The notes under the pieces were generated by a model that was not told the origin of the DNA, made no database searches, and saw nothing but the letters and a program-made list of their open reading frames with translations. 64,000 bases of DNA from Mobula hypostoma (taxonomy: Eukaryota), in the NCBI RefSeq assembly GCF_963921235.1, contig NC_086108.1, forward strand, positions 73,472,001-73,536,000, in the 5' to 3' direction. Each line of letters begins with the position of its first letter. Positions within the stretch are counted from its first letter, which is position 1. The position numbers and the translations under genes were made by a program. Below, in pieces: positions 1 to 12,050 of this stretch.

Positions 1-258
1 TTGAACCACCAGTAATGATCTTTTCCTAAATCCTTTATAATTGATGCAGTGAAAAGAAAAGCAATAAAGGAATTGTGGAATTACTTCCCAACCCTAAACA
101 GATAAGTAGAAAATAATTGTTTAGCTGTGGCCATTAAAACAACATTCAATATAGTAGAGAGGTTCTCTGGAAGAAGTGAAAGATACTCGCTGCATAGTAG
201 AGAAGAGACATATTGCCAGGAAATGCTAAGACCTAAAGAACATCAAACTGAAGAAGCA

Positions 259-512
259 CAGGATCAGATACCAGTATGACTGGAAATGTGCAGTAGACTC
301 CAGTCCTTTTTTGGGGAAATACAGAGGCAGGCTTCAGTCAGACTTGGGAAGACCAGGGTCAGACACCATTCAGATGGCGATGTGCAGAGCCAGATTCCAG
401 TCATATTCGAGAAGTACAGAGGCAGACTCCTGTCTGACTGGAAATGTGCAGAGACAAATTCCAGTCAGACTGGGAATGAGCAGGGGCAGGCCTACCAGAG
501 AAGACCAGTAAG
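259..512 (+). repeat. Degenerate minisatellite, ~32-bp period, ~8 units
   Basis: Units start at about 259, 291, 322, 354, 385, 417, 449 and 481. Consensus is roughly CAGAGGCAGACTCCAGTCAGACTGGGAATGTG, with an internal palindrome CCAGTC-A-GACTGG. Confidence 0.8.
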
Positions 513-839
513 AGACTTGGCGCTGGTGAACCATTGCTTAACAACCAAACTGAGGAAGGAAGGGAAGAAATCTGGAGTTCCACAGTGGTGACATCAGAGA
601 GAGATTCCAGAGAAATGCCTTTGAAATAAGGAAAATAACGTGAATATTTTATTTTAAAGTTTTTGATTTTTCGGAAAAGGAACCAACAAGTCAGCATATC
701 AAGTGGTGAAAATTTCTGCTCTAAGAATGCTCAACAGATATTATATCATCCAATATCTGATTATATCATCTAACAGATTCTCACATAACATGAACAATGG
801 ATATTTAAGTTTGCCGACGACTCCACTGTCATTGGCAGA

Positions 840-1832
840 ATCAAAGGTGGTGATAACTCATTATATAGGAGGGAGATTGAAAATCTAGCTGAATGGTGCC
901 ACAGCAACAAGCTCTCACCCAATGTCAGCAAAATCTAAGAGCTGATTATTGATGACAGGAGGAAGAAGTTGGGTGTCTATGAGCCAGTCCTCATTAGGGG
1001 ATATAAGGGAATTGGAGGTGGAGAGAGTCAATGATTTAAATTCCTTAGTGTTATCATAACAGAGGATCTGTCCTGGGTCCAACATGTAAATGCTATCACA
1101 AAGAAGACACAACAGTACCTCTACTTTCTTAGAAGCTGGCACAGACTCATCTAAAAATTTAGCCAATCTCTATAGGTGCACAATGGAGAGTATCCAGACT
1201 GGTTGCATCATGCCCTGGTATGGAAACACCAATGCCAGGAATGGAAAATCTACAAAATATGGTGGATACAACCCAGTCCTTGGGATGCATGGTGTCCCCA
1301 AGGAGGGATAGCACCTTTGGTGAAAGGGCTTGACATGTGAGCTGCTTACTCACCCTTGCTCCCCACAAGACAACTAACTCTCATCTGCGGCTCCAAGTAG
1401 TGATTTGCATGTAACAGCGGCCACACCCCTGTACACCGCTTTGACAGGCAGGCTCAACCAGGTGAGGGTAGCCAACAGCCTCATACCCCGGTGAGATAGG
1501 GACCTGCCTGTCATAACATGTGAAGTCAGCTTTGGCGGGCTGGGTGGATGAGATCTACAGTGAGATCCCAGGGCCAGGAAGGCAGTACTGCAATGCTCTG
1601 TGGAGAGCCAAGGGCAGGACAAGGCTCAGAAGATATCATAGTTATTCACTGCAAACAAGAAAGATCCCAGTTTGTGACACTTGTTCGTACCACTGGACCT
1701 GCACCTGAGGTCAAGAGAGTGGAACTGCCCCAGTGCAATGGCTTTTCTGCTTCAAAAACTCCCCCACACAAGCTTTCCCATCATCATTGGACATGATGGA
1801 CAACCAGCAGAACCAGTCCATCACAGGCAACA
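840..1832 (+). mobile_element. Rex1/Babar-type LINE RT C-terminal fragment, interrupted at ~1281-1810
   Basis: Degenerate YRREIENLAEWCHxNxL..NVSK and 'LANLYRCTMESIQTGCIMPWYGN'. The element resumes as 'ccagtccatcacaggcaa' after the insertion. Confidence 0.75.
1280..1810 (+). mobile_element. Non-autonomous retroelement (probably RTE-related) inserted in Rex1
   Basis: Non-coding insert flanked by a duplicated CCAGTCC (~1273-1279 and ~1813-1819), splitting the Rex1 sequence. Family assignment is by resemblance only. Confidence 0.5.
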
Positions 1833-1834
1833 TG

Positions 1835-2095
1835 AGATAACGAGATAAAGAGTCTTAAAGTGAGATCATTGGTTGTGGGAACATTTCAATGATGAGGCAA
1901 GTAATTGTAATTACTTCCTTTTATTCAAGAGCCTGATGGTTGAGGGGTAGAAACTGTTCTTGAGCCTGCTGGTGAAAATCCTGTGGCTCTTGGACCTTCT
2001 ACCTAATGGCAGCAGTGAGAAGAGAGAATGACCTGGGTGATGAGATGTCCGATGATGGACTTTGCTTTCCAATGACAGAGTTATGGATAAGGAGA
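1835..2095 (-). mobile_element. Rex1/Babar-type LINE 3' fragment
   Basis: ORF 1911-2153 contains HHPGHSLFSLLPLGRR..TSRLKNSFYPSTIRLLN, a typical Rex1 C-terminus. Confidence 0.8.
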
Positions 2096-2371
2096 GGGAG
2101 GAATGAACATTTGCACTGCCGTCAGACTGTAGGTGAGGGGTGAACCTAGTCAATCACATGGCAGTCAGAGGAACTAGCTTACCAGAATAAATTCAACATG
2201 GCTAATTATTTCACAATCAGTTCAATCTCAGCAAAGTGATCAAGTTTGTCATCAACAATGCTTTCATGTGGCATTTACTCACCAAAACATAGTTACCAAT
2301 TCACTATTTCGGTTTTGACAGGCCTACTTGTTTCCAGACTTCATTTTAGCATCATGGACCGGAGAATTAAA

Positions 2372-2868
2372 CTCTAGATACGTGGCATGTCTCTTTGTTG
2401 TTTTCTTGTCCCATGGGCCTAGATTGCTGACTTCCAATGTGTCTTGGATAACAAGGTTTATTTATTTGCTATTTTAAATTGCCCTTCAGTTGTTATACCC
2501 CAGAAGAGAACAAATGGTCTAAAACCCACCATCCCAGCAACAGGATATCACAGTAGAGTTCCTCAGGGCAATACCCTAGATCGACCTTCAGTTGCTTCAT
2601 TAATAACCTTCCTTCCATTATAAGGAGGTTAACTGTTATTCCGTTCATTCACCCCTCCTCAATAGGTGTTCCAGCATCTGCAAGTGTTCTCTTGTTCCTC
2701 AAAAGGTGAATTAGTCCATGCCTGCAGGTAGAAGGATCCAAATAACACCCTTTACAATAGACTAAGGAACAGCAAATGAGTAAACCTTGTTATGCAAGAC
2801 ACATTGGAAGTCAGCAATCGAGGCCATGGGACCAGAAAACAGCAAAGTAACCTACCACATATCTAGAG
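2372..2868. repeat. Long inverted repeat, arms 2372-2470 and 2771-2868, ~300-bp spacer
   Basis: The reverse complement of the right arm aligns with the left arm along its whole length (ctctagata..gattgctgacttccaatgtgtctt..ataacaaggttta..atttgct). Confidence 0.9.
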
Positions 2869-2869
2869 G

Positions 2870-3365
2870 GAAGAATGTATTGGCTGGGATTGTTCTCAGC
2901 GAAGCTCAGGAGACTGAGAAGTGGCCTTATCGAAGTTCATAAAATTATGGGGGCATAGACAGGGTCGATAGTCATTGCCTTTCTTCCAAGGAAGGGGAGC
3001 CTAAAACTGAAAGGCGTGGGTTTAAGATGAGAGAGAAGAGACTTAAAGGAGATCTGAGGGGTAAATTTCTTGCCCAAATACTTGTGGGTAAATTGGTTAA
3101 TTGGTAACATAGGTGTAATTGGGCAATGCAGGATCATTGAGCCGAAAGCCTATTACTGTGCTGTATTGCTAAATAAGTATACAAATACAGATGGTGGTGG
3201 AGGCAGGAATGATTACAATGTCTAAAAAGTATCCAGACAGATATATGGATGGGAAATGAATAGAGAAATATGGGTGAAATGTAGGAAAATGTAATTAGTG
3301 TAGATGGGTTGGAAAGGACACATTGGGCCAAAGGCCCTATTTCAATGCTAAATGACTATGACCAT
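2870..3365 (+). mobile_element. Old CR1 LINE 3' fragment, with a SINE-like tail piece at ~3085-3180
   Basis: Degenerate LGLFS..RRLRxxLIEVxKIM.GIDRVD sequence followed by a CR1-type 3' UTR. Confidence 0.65.
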
Positions 3366-4289
3366 CGTAATGTAGAAATACATAACCATTAATTGTTGCT
3401 GGGTCTAAATGCGGGAACTCTCTCACCAAGAATACCATGTGAGCACCTTTACTGGAATGACTGCAGTGATTCAAGAAGGTGACTTACCACCACCTTCTCA
3501 GGGACAGTTATGGATGATGCCTGAACCCCAAAAATTAAAATTCTGATAGTCAATCTGCCACCAGAAAAAGACCAGCCATTGAACAGCAGTCAGAGGAGCA
3601 GTCAAACCAGTCAGTCGAAATGCAGTTAGAAGAAGACCTGACATAATGAGTGGGGAAGCAGTCAGAGGGGACTTAATCAATAAAACTATAGTTGGAGTAG
3701 TTGAATGGGCAGTCAAAATCCAGGAAGCACTTTCAGCCCTGATTTATGACATAAGTCTTGCACAGACTCAGCTGATTTAATTAAGGATGCCCAAATAGAA
3801 TAGTTGAGGTGATTTGAGAAAAGAAAAAGTGAAATTAGTTTATAACCAAAAGAAAACTGATACTAATTGAAAGAAGTGTGAGCACATAATTTTAGATGAG
3901 GTTCTTGGTTAAGCAAGTCCAATTATCTTTCTTGTTAAAAATTGCAAAGTCAGACTCTACTCAGACATTAACATTTTATTTCTATAAATATAAAAATGTT
4001 CCTTAATAATTCCTTTCTAAACCACAAATGCTTCAAAGTATAGCTTGACTGATTATACATGGTATATGAATTCATGAGACTAATTTAAAGGAATACTATT
4101 TATTTTATCAATCAAAATTTAAAACACTTGCACTTAACTTACACTATTTGATGCCATTATGTAGAAAGCAAATCAGCATGAGGTTGTAATTTAGCCAATG
4201 ATAAGGTATCTGCATTTATTGAGGGTTTGGCTACACATATAGTAGGACTTACACTTTCTTTTTATAACTCCAGAGATTAATTCCTCAAA

Positions 4290-6243
4290 TATTCAACCCG
4301 GAAAAGTGTGAAGTGATTCACTTTGAAAGGTCAAACTTGAAGGCAAAATGCAGGGTTCATGTACAGGTTATGCAGAGGAGCAGAGGGAACTTGAGATCCA
4401 TGTCCCCATAGATCCCTCAATGTTACCACACTTGTTGATAAGGTTGGTAAGAAGGCGAATGGTATGTTGGCTTTCATTAGTTGGGAGATTGAGTTCAATA
4501 GCTGCAAGGTAATGTTGCACTGTGAGGGTCATGTTTTTTGACTTCTCCAGTGTGTTCAACACCATTCGCCCTGCTCTTCTGGGGGAGAAGCTGACAGCGA
4601 TTCAGGTGGATGCTTTCCTGGTGTCATGGATTCTTGATTACCTGACTGGCAGACCACAGTACGTGTGCTTGTAACACTGTGTGTCCGACAGAGTGATCAG
4701 CAGCACTGGGGCTCCAGAGGGGACTGTCTTGTCTCCCTTTCTCTTCACCATTTACACCTCGGACTTCAACTACTGCACAGAGTCTTGTCATCTTCAGAAG
4801 TTTTCTGATGACTCTGCCGTAGTTGGATGCATCAGCAAGGGACATGAGGCTGAGTACAGGGTTACGGTAGGAAACTTTGTCACATGGTGTGAGCAGTAGT
4901 ATCTGCAGCTTAATGTGAAAAAGACTAAGGAGCTGGTGGTAGACCTGAGGAGAGCTAAGGTACCGGCAACCCTTGCTTCCTTCCAGGGGGTCAGTGTGCA
5001 CATGGTGGAGATTACAAATACCTGGGGATACAAAATAACAATAAACTGGACTGGTCAAAGAACACTGATGCTGTCTACAAGAAGGGTCAGAGCTGTCTCT
5101 ATTTCCTGAGGAGACTGAGGTCCTTTAACATCTGCCGGACGATGCTGAGGATGTTCTACGAGTCTGTGGTGGCCAGTGCTATCATGTTTGCTGTTGTGTG
5201 TTGGGGCAGCAGGCTGAGGGTAGCAGACACCAACAGAATCAACAAACTCATTCGTAAGGCCAGTGATGTTGTGGGAATGGAACTGGACTCTCTCACGGTG
5301 GTGTCTGAAAAGAGGATGCTGTCCAAGTTGCATGCCATCTTGGACAATGTCTCCCATCCACTACCTAATGTACTGGGTGGGCACAGGAGTACGTTCAGCC
5401 AGAGACTCATTCCACCGAGATGCAACACAGAGCGTCATAGGAAGTCATTCCTGCCTGTGGCCATCAAACTTTACAACTCCTCCCTTGGAGGGTCAAACAC
5501 CCTGAGCCAATAGGCTGGTCCTGGACTTATTTCCTGGCATAATTTACATATTACTATTTAACTATTTATGGTTTTATTACTATTTAATTATTTATGGTAC
5601 AACTGTAACGAAAACCAATTTCCCCTGGGATCAATAAAGTATGACTATGACTATGACTATGAGTTCTATAAATCCCTGGTTAGACCAGACTTGGAATATC
5701 GCGTTCACGTCTGGTTGCCTCATTCCTGGATGGACATGGAAGATTCAGAGATGGTGCAGAGGAGATTTACCAGAATGTAGTATGGATTAAAGAGCATGTC
5801 TTATGAAGACAGGATGAGCAAGCTAGGCCTTCTCTCTTTTGAGCAAAGGAGGATGACAGGTGACTTGATAGAGGTGTACAAGATGATAAGAGGCATACAA
5901 AATGAAGAGGCATAGATTGAGTGGACAGATAGAGACTTTTTCCAGTGCAGAAATGGCTAATACACAAGGGCATAATTTTAAGGGGATTAGAGAAAAGTAT
6001 AGTGGGGAGGTATGTCATTTACACAGAGAGTGGCGGGTGCAAGGAATGTACTACCAGCAGTGGTGGTAGAGGTAGATACATTAGGGATAATATTAATAGA
6101 CTCTTAAATAAGCAGATGGATGATAGAAAAATAGAGGGCTATGTAGGAGGGAAGGTTGAATTTGATCTTAGAGCAGGTTAAAATTTCAGCACAACAATGT
6201 GGGCCAAAGGGCCTGTACTGTGCTGTAATGTTCTATGTTCTAT
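4290..6243 (+). mobile_element. CR1 LINE 3' fragment split by a Rex1 insertion (CR1 parts 4290-4519 and 5661-6243)
   Basis: FNPEKCEVIHF before the insert and YKSLVRPDLEY after it; ends in a gttctatgttctat tail. Confidence 0.85.
4520..5660 (+). mobile_element. Rex1/Babar LINE, 5'-truncated, RT pseudogene with (GACTAT)n tail
   Basis: ORFs 4681-4899 (STGAPEGTVLSPFLFTIYTSDF..KFSDDSAVVG) and 5142-5513 (..RHRKSFLPVAIKLYNS); AATAAA followed by (GACTAT)3. Confidence 0.9.
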
Positions 6244-7689
6244 TCCAGAATCTTATTACTTCTGTCAAATACCACGTCTGCCTGGGACTCCTATTGTAGT
6301 TCTGTACTATTCCACTCCTAGGCCTTGGATTACAAATTGAATTTCAATTTTGTTTCCAAAGGCAAGGAACAACACTTAGGTTGTTTGATTTCAGAACTTA
6401 TGTTCTTTCCCAATATCTGTAGGTCAGTTTACCAATAGAGGGGTTTTCTGTTGGTAACCACCATGTCTATAAGCTCTGAATTTAACTGCATATACATTTC
6501 TGGGCAAGGATGATCTGCAGAGCAAACAAATCTCTTCCATTCTCTACTTCCTACTGTACTTCGGATGTGTCAGTTAATATAACGTATCATATCATTTGTG
6601 AGTAAACTCAAGCATGTCTTGCTAAAACTTTTAATCAGTCTATTCATACAAGGACTTATTGACAGACACAAATAGTGTAAGTCCTGAAGAGTCAAACACT
6701 CAATAGATTGATTCAAACCACCTACTTTGAATTCTTCTAACTAAACTGGAAGAATGTCTCAGAAAGCCATATACAATCTTAGTCTGCAGGGAAAAGAGAA
6801 TGCTATCTTTGAATGAATAACTCAAGCAGAAACTTCCAAAGTCTAATTAATCCTCATGCCACACTACAAGACAAACTGAACAGTAGAAAATATAAGAATC
6901 TGTTGTGTTTTTATACTCAGGAGGGGCCATTTTCATTCGATATTGCAGAAAGCAGAAAAAACGTCCTGAGAATAGACCTGCATCACCCCTGTACTCGTCT
7001 GGTACAGCTCAGTTCAATTATAGTCAGAGTTCAGTGGAGTTACTAGAAGCTCTTATACTGAGGGGAGAAAATCAAATTAAAGGATGATTTAGAGAATCCA
7101 AAACATGTACAGAAACAACAGAAAAGAAGTTAGAGCTCTAATAACTGTACCAGGAGTATCAAGGAAGGCAGAGTATATTAATTTCAATGCCAATGGTGTT
7201 GTGAAGCTGGTGGATATAGAAGTCTTCATTCAGCCAACCAAGCGGGAATCATACTGGAGACACTCTTGGAAGAAGAGGCCTGTCTGACCCAATATTACAT
7301 GACATTTTTATATGCTAAAGATCAAAAGTAACAGCAGGATAGTTCTATAGTTACGTTGTATCCACAATGCTTCCTTTGAATTACGTATAACATTGAAACA
7401 CCTCCATCTTCACACCAACACTCCAGACACTCTAAATGAATGTTAATCCCCACTGACTCTCTGGCTGCATTCATGCATATGCAGACATCTCAAGTGAATG
7501 GGTGTTTCCTGGTTTGCAATCAATCCCCGTCTGCAGCTCCAGGAAGATTATCGTTCAGAGCTGCATTTTAAATTCAATCTACAATCCATGTTCAGGTCTG
7601 AAGCCTGATTGCTATTGCAATTAGTATTTGCTATACACTATACCTTAACTCCAGAATATGGTCTAGCAAACAGCAAGTACCTGATTACA

Positions 7690-7826
7690 AACAACAGCAA
7701 TTCTACAGATGCTGGAAATTCAAGCAACACACATAAAAGTTGCTGCTGAACGCAGCAGGCCAGGCAACATCTCTAGGAAGAGGTGCAGTCGACGTTTCAG
7801 GCCGAGACCCTTCGTCAGGACTAACG
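7690..7826 (-). mobile_element. Short Penelope-like element (pLTR end) with 15-bp TSD
   Basis: TSD AAGTACCTGATTACA at 7675-7689 and 7827-7841. Homologous to the pLTR of the GIY-YIG-bearing copies at 35018 and 44105. Confidence 0.85.
7787..7822 (-). ncRNA. Minimal type I hammerhead ribozyme motif (PLE-associated)
   Basis: Minus strand reads AGUC-CUGACGA-AGG-GUCUCGG-CCU-GAAAC-GUC^GACU: stem I, catalytic core, stem II and a palindromic ACGU stem III. Confidence 0.75.
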
Positions 7827-9367
7827 AAGTACCTGATTACAGATTATTTGGGTGGTCTATGTGGCAGAAACAGAAGTGCTTAGATATGGAAACACCCCTG
7901 CGAGGGACTGATCAACCTTACCCTGTGGCTAGAAGAGGCAGAGAAATCAGATTCACATTGTAGAGGGTGGGGAGAGAGGGAAGTCAGACAAATATTGTTT
8001 GACTCCTCTACAGCTTTTTGAAAGATTGCTTGGTAAGATGGAGCTTGGGGGCAGTATGATGGTAAAAATTAAGACAGGCGTGTCTTGTTGAAAGTTTGGG
8101 AAGCAGGGCAGAAATTAGCCCTGGCATTGGTTGTTCAGAGGGCTAAATGGGGATATGTGAATTTGGATAGAGGGGATCATGGATCAGAATTTTTAATGGA
8201 AGGTATTACAGGATGCAGTGGTGTGGAAATGCCCAACGATGAAGATAGTTGGTTGTTTACCTGGCAGCTGTCCTACTTTGATAAAAGAAAGTTGTCCCTC
8301 AAGGACCTAATGGTGAGCTTTCTCTCAGGGTACAAAAGCCAAGTTCTCTTGCAATGATCTAAAGCACAAGAAATGATATTACTCAATATGCTAGTGATTT
8401 GTAAGTCACACTAGGACTGCAAAACTCAAGAATGCTGGTCAAATTTCTAGAATGACATAGAATGACTGGGCAACAGTGTCTACCACATTACATTTTAGAC
8501 AAATAGCAATCTTTAAAAGCACAATACTGATAAAAATGTCATGCAGCTGAATTTCTGGGAGTGATTGCATCAGATGCCCAAAAGAACGATATACATTAAG
8601 TCCTCTATATGAGAGGGAGAAATTCTTTCCAAGACCATTCGGAAGATGATTTTCAACATTGGCCAGAAGGTATGACAGATAAAATTAGAGGTCCCTTGCC
8701 AAGAGCAAATGAAAATGGCAACACCTTCTCCGTGCAGGTATAAACATGCATGAGGTATTACAAGCATAAAGGTTAGGAGTCGGATGTGATGTGACAAAAA
8801 ATGAAACCTTTTTTTAAGTTTTAGCTTGGCAATGTTTTAGTTAATTCAGTAATACATAATGAACTAAAGTAACTGCCTTTAGAATCAATTTGACTCAATA
8901 TAATATTAAGGACTTTCTTGTCTAATTTGACTCACCACGGCTGATTTCAGAGAGGAACCAATTCTAACAGAGTAAACAGTGGAATTTGCTCTGTTGCATT
9001 TTTTGAGTACAGCACATGTTCATTCCAGTTCGACAGCAACTCAAGACCAAATGTGACAATAATTTAATGAAGAATAATAAATTGAGCGGTACTTATTGTT
9101 ATCATTTATAGAACCATTGCTGCACTTAATATTATAATAGCCCACACAAAATATTATAAAACAAATTACAAGCCTTTACTTCAAGAAGTTGTCACGGTAT
9201 TACTTCTAGCTGCACCAGATTTGTACTATTAGGGTTGATTAATATTTCTCACTGCTCATATATAAAGAAAAGTAGACCCACTTTTCACAATTCTCAAAAG
9301 GAAAACTTGCAGAAAATGTATACTCTGTTGGAGTCAAAAGGTCATAAAGAAATACAGCAAGGAAGTA

Positions 9368-9591
9368 ACACACATAAAAGTTGCTGGTGAACGCAACAGG
9401 CCAGGCAGCATCTATAGGAAGAGGTACAGTCGACGTTTCGGGCCAAGACACTTCAGTGTCCTGATGACGGGTCTCGGCCTGAAACGTCGACTGTATCTCT
9501 TCCTAGAGATGCTGCCTGGCCTGCTGCATTCACCAGCAACTTTTATGTGTGTTACTTGAAATTCCAGCATCTGCAGATTTCCTCGTGTTTG
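9368..9591 (+). mobile_element. Fold-back Penelope-like element with 13-bp TSD, inserted in a CR1 tail
   Basis: TSD CAGCAAGGAAGTA at 9355-9367 and 9592-9604. Inverted partial pLTR plus pLTR with terminal extension. Hammerhead core CTGATGA..GAAACGTC at 9458-9491 has a mismatched stem II base. Confidence 0.85.
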
Positions 9592-10734
9592 CAGCAAGGA
9601 AGTAGGCCATTTGGCCCAACTGGTCCATGGTCCACAGCATCCTCCTTAAACACTGGGGATTTCCACAGGTGTTGGAAATTTATTTCAGATTTTCACCGAC
9701 TTCTGTATGCTGCAACTCACAATTCCAGATGTTGTTATTTTTCTCTTTCACCAACTGCCCTCATTCAGCTATTTCTAGTTACACTCATTGGGACAGAATG
9801 AAAGCAACTGTACCACCAGTGTCCATCCTATTGCCAACACCCCATTGTTCTGTCTACCCATCCTCTCTGCAAATTAAAACACACTTTTGTTCTCATTTTT
9901 TCCAATTCTGGTTAAGGCCTTTTGACTTGAGATATTTACCTGCTTTCACTTTTTCATCAGCATTACCCAACCAGCTGAGAATTTCCAACACTTCCTGAGG
10001 ATTATTCTTGATGAGGTCCTCCAGCTCAAGTGGGCCTGATGACAGTGAGGGAACCAAAGCAAGACAGATCCACAACATGAGAGGTAGATAGGCATTTCAG
10101 AGAACATAATTTACAGGAGTATGCCGGAAGACTACAGACAGGGAAAGAAGGGATTGTTTTACATAGAGCTGAGATAGATTCGATGGGCAAAATGGCCCCC
10201 TTCTGTGTAATAATAATGTAGTGACAAATGTAACAGTAGGTAAAGTTACTTCCTCAGATTTTACTAACTTTGTCAGAAACTCTTCATTATACTAAAAACT
10301 CTCTCTGTTTCTAAACTTTTCTCATAGTCAGAAGTATTAAAAGTCTTAACATGCCAAAGAAGCTTTTAAAAATATTTCAACACTTCTAGACAGCTTTAAA
10401 ATCCAAATCGATAAGTCATTTGGATATTCCAAAGACGTACGGGTTAGTAGGTTAATTGGTCACATGTGTGTAACTGGGCGATGTGGGCTCGTTGAGCTGG
10501 AATGGCTGTCATCGTACTGTATCTCTAAATAAAATAAAAACAAATAGTTGCTGGCCTGAGGAGGAAGATGAACAGCAAGTTAATTGGGAAGAGAATGTCA
10601 GCATAGTTCCAAACAGATTATAGGAAAGGATTAGTGTCTTACCATTCAAAGAGATAAGAGAGATCATCGGGAGGATAGAAAAAGGGAGTGCATGTCTGAA
10701 ATCAGGTGTTAAAGGAATAGAAATTACTAAAGTT

Positions 10735-12050
10735 TGAAGTTCAAAGCTCAATGTAATTTTATTATCGAAGTATATGTTATGTCACCACATACAATCTGGA
10801 GATTCATTTTCTTGCAGACATTTGTCGTAAATACAAGAAACACAAAAAAAAATCAATGAAAGACCGCACCCAACAGGCCTGAGAACCATGTGCAAAAGAT
10901 AACAACTGTGCAAAAGCCAAAAAAGAAAGAAAACAAGAAATAATAATAATAACAATAATAATAAATAAATAAACAAAAAGAGATTGAGAACATGAGAAGA
11001 AGAGTCCTTGAATGTGAGCCCTAGATTATGGGATCAGGTCAGTGATGGGGCGAGTGAAATTGAGTGCAGTTATCCCCCCCCCCCACAATTCAAGAGCCTG
11101 ATGTGAGAGGGTATAATTGATCCTGAACCTGGACACGTAGGTCTTGAGGCTCCTGTACTTCCTTCCTGATGGTGGCAGCAAGAAGAGAGCTTGTTGGTGG
11201 TTGCTGTTTTCCTGTGACACTGCTCCACGTAGATGTGCTCACTGGTGAAAAGGGCTTTACGTGAGATGGACTGGGCTGTATCCACTACTCTCTATAGGTT
11301 TTTCTGTTCAAGGGCATTAGTGTTTTCATATCAGGCCATGGTGCATCCAGTTAATATACTCTCCACTGCACACCTTAGAAGTTTATCAAGTTTTATATGG
11401 CATGCCAAATCTTCACTAACTGCTGGACCCAGGACAAATTCTGTGAAGTGATAACACTGAGTAATTTAAAGTTGCTGACCCTCTCCACCTCTGATCCACC
11501 GATAAGGACTGTGTCATGGACCTCCTCCTGAAGTCAATAATAGTTCCTTGGTCCGACTGACATTGAGTGAGAGGCTGTTGGTGTAGCACGATTCAGCCAG
11601 ATTTTCAATCTCCCTCCGATATGTTGATTTGTCACCACATTTGATTGGCCAGCTTAAATATGGCTTTGGATCTGTGCCTAGCCTCAAAGGCATAAGTGTA
11701 AAGTGAGTAGAGCAGGGGGCTAAGCACACAGCACAACGGTGTTCCTGTGCTGAATTTAATTGTGGAAGATATGTTGTTGTCAATCCAAACTGACTGAGGT
11801 CTGCAAGTGAGGAAATCAAGGATCCGGTTGCATAAGAATGTATTGAGGGCTAGGTTTTGAAGATTATTGATAAGTTTTGAGGGGATGATAATAGTGAATT
11901 CGCTGTCCAGATGTTCCAGGATTGAATGAAGAGGCAATGAAATGGCATCTGCTGTTGACCTGTTGTGATGGTAGGCAAACTGGAGGGGATCCAAGTCACT
12001 TGTCAGGCAGGAGTTGGTATGACACACAGGCTGAAGAGAGTCAAGATACA
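10735..12050 (-). mobile_element. Rex1/Babar-type LINE fragment (degenerate RT plus 3' UTR)
   Basis: LDPLQFAYHHNRSTADAIS..ILDFLTCRPQSV..LSPLLYSLYT; YRREIENLAE..LNVSRTKEL; LLPPSGRKYRSLK. Confidence 0.85.

Noticed and set aside
259..512. CRISPR-like array (periodic palindromic repeat)
   Set aside because: No unique spacers, no cas genes, and a vertebrate context; it is a minisatellite.
7709..7963. Recurrent peptide MLEIQATHIKVAGERSRPGSISRKR.. in several ORFs
   Set aside because: Translation of the non-coding PLE pLTR, not a gene family.
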